From Polyangia bacterium (lineage in GTDB: Bacteria; Myxococcota_A; Polyangia; JAAYKL01): a DNA stretch of 64,000 nt. Of this stretch, positions 60,309 to 64,000 are shown piece after piece. Positions within the stretch are counted from its first letter, which is position 1; each line of letters begins with the position of its first letter. The stretch lies in the NCBI GenBank assembly GCA_050287845.1, contig JBNKCR010000025.1:1-64000 (forward strand), in the 5' to 3' direction. Below the pieces are notes generated by a model. The model saw nothing but the letters and a program-made list of their open reading frames with translations. It was not told the DNA's origin and did not search any database. The translations under genes and the position numbers were made by a program.

Positions 60309-61099
60309 TAAAAACAGTTTTCCTTTGCGATGGCCACCGTAACTCTCGGGTACTTCTGCTTTGGAACGACTAATATGGTTTTCCTTCCCGCAAGCAATGC
60401 TGCCGGCTCGGCAACACCGGGTAGTTTCACTTTTTCAAAAACAAATTGAGACTGCGCATTGTCTTTGGCGCAGCTTCTGATTTCATCTGACGGCATAAAT
60501 CGCAGCATTACGCCTGTGCGCCTCGCCGCTTCAATTAATCCGGATTCATCTGATTTTATATCGGCGCTGGCCCAGAGTCGTACGTTCTGAGACAGGTGCC
60601 CATGGTCGCTGAGTGTTTGATTTACAGCGGCATGTATCTCGTCTGCGCTGGTTCCTCTGCGACATCCGATCCCAACGACCAGGTATTTTTCGGCTTCTGT
60701 GGTAGTCGTTATCACCGGCTCTGCACCAATGATGTTTCCAACTTCAAGGGCCAGCTGGTTGGCGCCGCCCTCGTGACCACTGAGCAGACTGATGGCGTAA
60801 CGTGCGCCCACATCCACCACCACCACCGCCGGATCTTTTTTTTTGTGGCATATAACGGGAGCGATGGCCCGAACAGCAACCCCGATTGGCAGAATGAATA
60901 TGATATCGCTGTTTTTTTGAAACAACGATGCTGTCAGCGCGGCAATGCGATTAAATGAAATGTCGCCATTTTCCTTTTCCACTACACCGGCGTGGACATA
61001 AACATCGCAATTTGTAAAACCGCCTGCCAGCTGTCTGGCAACTGTTAAACCGTTGGCTGATAAAGTCACAAGGGCAATGGACCGCCGCGATACGTTCAT
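60308..61099 (-). CDS. cbiG: Cobalt-precorrin-5A hydrolase
   Basis: GVAVRAIAP...KKKDPAVVVVD, SLLSGHEGGAN, GIGCRRG, GVAEPAAL. Confidence 0.93.
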   Translation of the reverse strand: MNVSRRSIALVTLSANGLTVARQLAGGFTNCDVYVHAGVVEKENGDISFNRIAALTASLFQKNSDIIFILPIGVAVRAIAPVICHKKKDPAVVVVDVGARYAISLLSGHEGGANQLALEVGNIIGAEPVITTTTEAEKYLVVGIGCRRGTSADEIHAAVNQTLSDHGHLSQNVRLWASADIKSDESGLIEAARRTGVMLRFMPSDEIRSCAKDNAQSQFVFEKVKLPGVAEPAALLAGRKTILVVPKQKYPRVTVAIAKENCF

Positions 61100-61851
61100 T
61101 TTTCGCCTTTTCTGTATCCATGGGAAAACCCTGCGTCATACAGTTTCGATGGCACACCTGTTTCGGCTAACACCCGCCCGATAATAATCAGCGCTGTTTT
61201 TTCTATTTTAGCTTCCCGGGTCTTGCCAACGATGGTGTCGAGAGTGCCGAGCAGCCATTTTTCTTCAGGCCAGGTGGCTTTGTACACCACTGCGACCGGG
61301 CACTCTTTGCCCAATTGGGGTTGCACCTGCCGGACGACGTTTTCGATTTGATTGACAGACAGGTACAGACACAGGGTGGCGCCGGTGGCGGCGAAGGATA
61401 CAAGTTGTTCCATGGCCGGCATCGGTGTGCGTCCCTCGGCCCGTGTCAGCACCACAGATTGCGACAGCTTCGGCCGGGTCAACTCTATTTGCAGTGATGC
61501 CGCGGCGCCCTGAAACGCACTGACGCCCGGAATGATTTCAAATGAAATGTCTTGCGCCCTCAACTTATCCATCTGCTCCCCGATAGCGCCATATAACGCA
61601 GGGTCGCCTGTATGGAGCCGGGCTACGGTTTTTCCTGTGCGGTGTTCATGAACCATCTCTAAGACGATTTCATTCAGATTCATTTTAGATGAATCCAGCA
61701 CGCGAGCATTCTCGGGCAGCAGTTGTAAAATGTCTGGATTCACCAGCGATCCAGCCCAGATGCAGCAATGGGTCTGCTGCAGTATTTTTTGCGCTTTAAC
61801 TGTCAAAAGTTCAGGGTCTCCGGGTCCTGCGCCAACAAAATAAATGGTCAT
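61096..61851 (-). CDS. cbiF: Cobalt-precorrin-4 C11-methyltransferase
   Basis: FVGAGPGDPELLT, AGSLV, RLHTGDP..YGAI.EQ, SKLYDAGFSHGYR. Confidence 0.94.
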   Translation of the reverse strand: MTIYFVGAGPGDPELLTVKAQKILQQTHCCIWAGSLVNPDILQLLPENARVLDSSKMNLNEIVLEMVHEHRTGKTVARLHTGDPALYGAIGEQMDKLRAQDISFEIIPGVSAFQGAAASLQIELTRPKLSQSVVLTRAEGRTPMPAMEQLVSFAATGATLCLYLSVNQIENVVRQVQPQLGKECPVAVVYKATWPEEKWLLGTLDTIVGKTREAKIEKTALIIIGRVLAETGVPSKLYDAGFSHGYRKGEK

Positions 61852-62531
61852 TGTTTTCTGCCCTGTGTTGGGATTCCGGCGATAATCACCAGACCGCGTC
61901 CCTTTGGCGATGGTTTTCTTCTCTCAATGTCTGCCACTGTAATAGGGACAATCTGCTGGGTGTTCAGCGTCAGGTCTTCGCACCAGTACCAGCTTGCGTT
62001 GTCTGCCAGGGTCTGTGCATGGTCGGACAGCCGCTGGTAGCTTTGGGGGCCGCCCATGAAAAAGAGTGTTGGGTGAGAATGTGGTGAAATCCCCCTGCCC
62101 CACTTTGAAAAAAGGGGCCGGGGGGATTTCTCCACAACCTTCACATCCCCCCCATGAAGACTGACGAAATACGCATTCTCTTCCGATACGCCAATTTCTC
62201 TCAGCGCAACTTCCCCCGCACCAATTCCCGGAACAACCCGGCGTACCTGTTCACCAAATTTTTCTTTCACGGATTTCGCCAGACTGAACACCTCCGGATC
62301 GCCACTCACCATTACACCAACGGTGCCATTTTGGGCCAGTTGTTCGATTTGAAACAGCGCGTCTGCCACTTGCCCTTTCAGCACAGTGCCATCGATTCGA
62401 TACCTGGAAATCAAAGATAAAAGGCGTTTGGATCCGCAAAGATTTGTTTGCCCCTGAATTTCCAGGATGGCGTCTTCTGATACATATTCAGGCGCCCCCG
62501 GGCCACAACCGATGACAGTGATGGCATTCAT
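61848..62531 (-). CDS. cbiE: Cobalt-precorrin-7 C5-methyltransferase, divergent
   Basis: VIGCGPG, GSKRLL, VSGDP, VPGI, SLHG, CEDLT. Confidence 0.8.
   Translation of the reverse strand: MNAITVIGCGPGAPEYVSEDAILEIQGQTNLCGSKRLLSLISRYRIDGTVLKGQVADALFQIEQLAQNGTVGVMVSGDPEVFSLAKSVKEKFGEQVRRVVPGIGAGEVALREIGVSEENAYFVSLHGGDVKVVEKSPRPLFSKWGRGISPHSHPTLFFMGGPQSYQRLSDHAQTLADNASWYWCEDLTLNTQQIVPITVADIERRKPSPKGRGLVIIAGIPTQGRKQ
62081..62135. repeat. C/G-run palindromic element inside cbiE
   Basis: GTGGTGAAATCCCCC...GGGGGATTTCTCCAC (14/15 complementary) around an inner CTTT-GAAA-AAAG hairpin. Confidence 0.7.
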
Positions 62532-63601
62532 GTCCCAGGTTCCCTTGCAGACGCGGGCTCAGAACCGGCCAGGGAGCCATCCATGGCCACCAGCGATGTG
62601 CCAACCCGCAGACGCGGCGCGTTTTTTCTTCGCGCAAGGCGGCTGTTCACAGCCTGAGTGATTCTGCGGCACCACATCAGGCCAAGCATGACGCGCTTTT
62701 CCTGTGACAATGCACACAGAACCTCTTCGGCTGTGTTGGGTGTTGCGGGCACATCCACGTGCATCTCTCTGGCGGAGGCAGCCAGTATGGGCGCCACCGG
62801 TGTACCAAAACGGCTGTGCGTATTCCACACATCCCTGGTCAGTTTAATCAGTTTGCCCGGATGCCCCACAATGTGCAGCTCGCCGGTCTGTTTTGCAGGC
62901 AATGCGTCAAGGGCGAATCCCCAGTGATTGGCGACCTCCACCGTCTGTTCATCCGTCGCGCCGAAATGCGTTTTCGCCGCTGCAGCGCCAATGTTGCCAG
63001 GAACCATAAACATGATCCGTTGCGGCTGAGCGTTAAACACCGAAATCGATAACTCAATGGTGCGTTTCAGCGCTGCCTGGCATTTAGGTCGAACAATCCC
63101 CGTTGTGCCCAGGATGGAGATGCCGCCGATGACGCCAAGGCGTGGATTGTATGTCTGTTCTGCAATCGCTTCGCCTCCTTCCACCGATATGGTTACAACG
63201 GCATGGACAATACCGACTTCGGAAAGGGCGTTGGCTATCATTTTTCGGGGCACGGGATTAATGGCCGGTTCGCCTTTGGCAATACTCAATCCGTCTTTGG
63301 TGCAGATGCCCACTCCTTTACCTGCTTCAAATATTATTCCGCCACTGTGTTGCATTCGCACAGATGCGCACACGATGGCGCCATGGGTCACGTCGATGTC
63401 GCTGCCCGCATCTTTTTGTACCATCGCTGATGCATCGTTAAGTGCGTCTTCTTTTTGCATCTCTATTATTGGGAGCGTCAGTTGAATCCCCATGTCATTG
63501 GTGATGGTCACCTCCCATGGGGCGATTTTTTTCATTAACAGACATCCCGCCGCATACGCGGCTGCAGCAGCGCAGGCCCCGGTGGTATAGCCGGTTTTCA
63601 T
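62528..63601 (-). CDS. cbiD: Cobalt-precorrin-5B C1-methyltransferase
   Basis: GYTTGACAAAAA, KDAG.D.DVTHG, AINPVPRKMI, NPRLGVIGGISILGTTGIV, GHPGKLIKL. Confidence 0.94.
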   Translation of the reverse strand: MKTGYTTGACAAAAAYAAGCLLMKKIAPWEVTITNDMGIQLTLPIIEMQKEDALNDASAMVQKDAGSDIDVTHGAIVCASVRMQHSGGIIFEAGKGVGICTKDGLSIAKGEPAINPVPRKMIANALSEVGIVHAVVTISVEGGEAIAEQTYNPRLGVIGGISILGTTGIVRPKCQAALKRTIELSISVFNAQPQRIMFMVPGNIGAAAAKTHFGATDEQTVEVANHWGFALDALPAKQTGELHIVGHPGKLIKLTRDVWNTHSRFGTPVAPILAASAREMHVDVPATPNTAEEVLCALSQEKRVMLGLMWCRRITQAVNSRLARRKNAPRLRVGTSLVAMDGSLAGSEPASAREPGT

Positions 63602-64000
63602 GACAGTGCGACGTCCTTCCATCCGCACCTGTTCAGGTGCACAATTACTGTCGACATATATCCCGGTGTATCATTTTGCGCCTGTCGAAGGCTGCGGGTG
63701 GTGTACTGGCGAACCGCATCTTCTGCATAACAAACCAGACGCGCGTCCTGCGCTTTTCCTTTTTGCTCAAGCAGCGCACACAGGGCATCTATTCGTGGGC
63801 CAACTTTGTACAGCACAAGCGTTTCGCAGTGTGCCAACGCGGCTTCCACCCGGTTCATATCGGTGGCGGGCAACAGCATCATCCGGTCTTCCTGAACGGT
63901 GAGTGCTTCTTTGAACACGGCCGAGGCGGCCTGGAACGCGCTGATGCCAGGGATCACATGAACATTTCTATTGGGAAGCAGCCCCTCCAGTCCTCCAAGA
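63598..64000 (-). CDS. cbiL: Cobalt-precorrin-2 C20-methyltransferase, 5' end outside the window
   Basis: Frame open to the window edge; IPGISAFQA, LVLYKVG, GYMSTVIV; stop overlaps the cbiD ATG. Confidence 0.85.
   Translation of the reverse strand, partial: LGGLEGLLPNRNVHVIPGISAFQAASAVFKEALTVQEDRMMLLPATDMNRVEAALAHCETLVLYKVGPRIDALCALLEQKGKAQDARLVCYAEDAVRQYTTRSLRQAQNDTPGYMSTVIVHLNRCGWKDVALS

Overview
64-kb chromosomal window from a diderm, probably anaerobic, deltaproteobacterial-type organism. The lineage (Myxococcota/Desulfobacterota-like) is inferred from gene content and D/T/E-linker lipoproteins and is not verified. Left end (1-8.8 kb): a three-gene Mu/IS21-like transposon (DUF6431-like + DDE + ExeA-type ATPase) inserted in an IS4 remnant, then an AT-richer block of secreted carbohydrate-active proteins. 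Middle (9-35 kb): ligA, expansin-like lipoprotein, MarR-CDF metal efflux pair, two-component genes, an isolated flagellin with fliO and a degenerate fliP, lon, an arsR-hgcA-hgcB mercury-methylation operon, pilT, an MrfAB-like repair pair and GH114. Right (35.5-64 kb): a cobalamin riboswitch heads a 12-gene operon (TonB receptor, beta-propeller lipoprotein, a His-less CobN paralog, ChlD, ChlI, an ECF transporter with a very large putative S component, a second propeller, radical SAM, intact CobN, CbiZ, CobO). It converges on the anaerobic cbiL-D-E-F-G-H-J cluster. Best candidates for new biology: the riboswitch-controlled corrinoid uptake/(de)metallation/remodelling system, a likely -1 frameshift fusing cbiG to cbiH, three unrelated REP-like palindromes in or at corrinoid genes, and a shared C-terminal motif on two secreted proteins. 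No CRISPR array, rRNA or tRNA was seen.
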